From assembly GCA_942492765.1 (NCBI GenBank), contig OW818634.1, forward strand, positions 793,159-857,158: a stretch of DNA of 64,000 nucleotides, in the 5' to 3' direction. Both the position numbers and the translations under genes were made by a program. The number at the start of each line of letters is the position of its first letter. The first letter of the stretch is position 1. The DNA is from an uncultured bacterium. Its GTDB lineage: Bacteria > Patescibacteriota > Patescibacteriia > Patescibacteriales > UBA12465. Positions 63,831-64,000 of this stretch are shown here, one piece after another. The notes under the pieces were generated by a model. The model made no database searches, had not been told where the DNA came from, and saw nothing but the letters and a program-made list of their open reading frames with translations.

Positions 63831-64000
63831 ATTATCATTTTATCTTCTTATTTTTATATAACACTTTACACTACTATACAGTATTATTAGTAAAAATGAA
63901 ATAAGTAAATTTAATTAAAATAATTTATTCCCCCTCATTGTTCAACTCCAACCACAACTCCTCCTTATCCTTTATTCGCCTTTTCAGATCCTCTAATTCT

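Noticed and set aside
63965-64000. Possible 3' end of a minus-strand CDS entering from the right window edge (...RIRGSEKANKG-stop).
   Set aside because: Only 11 codons are visible, which is insufficient to support a feature.

Overview
Compact bacterial chromosomal segment using the standard genetic code, with tightly packed genes and many start/stop overlaps. No rRNA, CRISPR array, transposase or integrase was seen. Housekeeping operons dominate: miaA; a minus-strand deoxypyrimidine operon (dCMP deaminase, thyA, DHFR-like, dNMP-kinase-like, tmk::dut fusion, gatB); three GT2 glycosyltransferases plus galU; murA; rplU; dnaB-ybaB-recR; fmt and def. CIRCE-controlled clpB lies divergent from a membrane-anchored Clp-ATPase paralogue that heads an envelope operon (MraY/WecA-like GT4, queH, L,D-transpeptidase). 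Also present are several surface or secreted proteins, pgk-eno-(degenerate iPGM-like), gyrB, tpiA, mutM, rpmG, rubrerythrin plus desulforedoxin, and yhhQ. There are six tRNAs: Thr-UGU, Lys-UUU, Glu-CUC, Thr-GGU, Tyr-GUA and Trp-CCA. The gene content (VirB2-like pilin, PEGA/beta-propeller/TSP3-Ldt surface proteins, several catalytically degenerate enzyme paralogues) resembles a Patescibacteria/CPR-type genome; that is inference only. Two accessory regions stand out. (1) 49.5-54.2 kb, directly 3' of tRNA-Tyr, holds two copies of a ~190-nt structured RNA with an 18-20 bp terminal stem that shows compensatory changes between copies. The second copy forms the leader of a 401-aa reverse transcriptase, which is translationally coupled to a degenerate ABC-type TMD-NBD protein and a membrane-anchored PLD/HKD protein. 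The locus lacks the retron, DGR and group II intron hallmarks I can check by eye, and it is my candidate for an undescribed RT-based system. (2) 58.9-63.9 kb is a visibly AT-rich island. It carries a beta-class N4/N6 methyltransferase plus DGQHR (DndB/ParB-like) pair and a convergent PD-(D/E)xK endonuclease / C5-cytosine methyltransferase pair.
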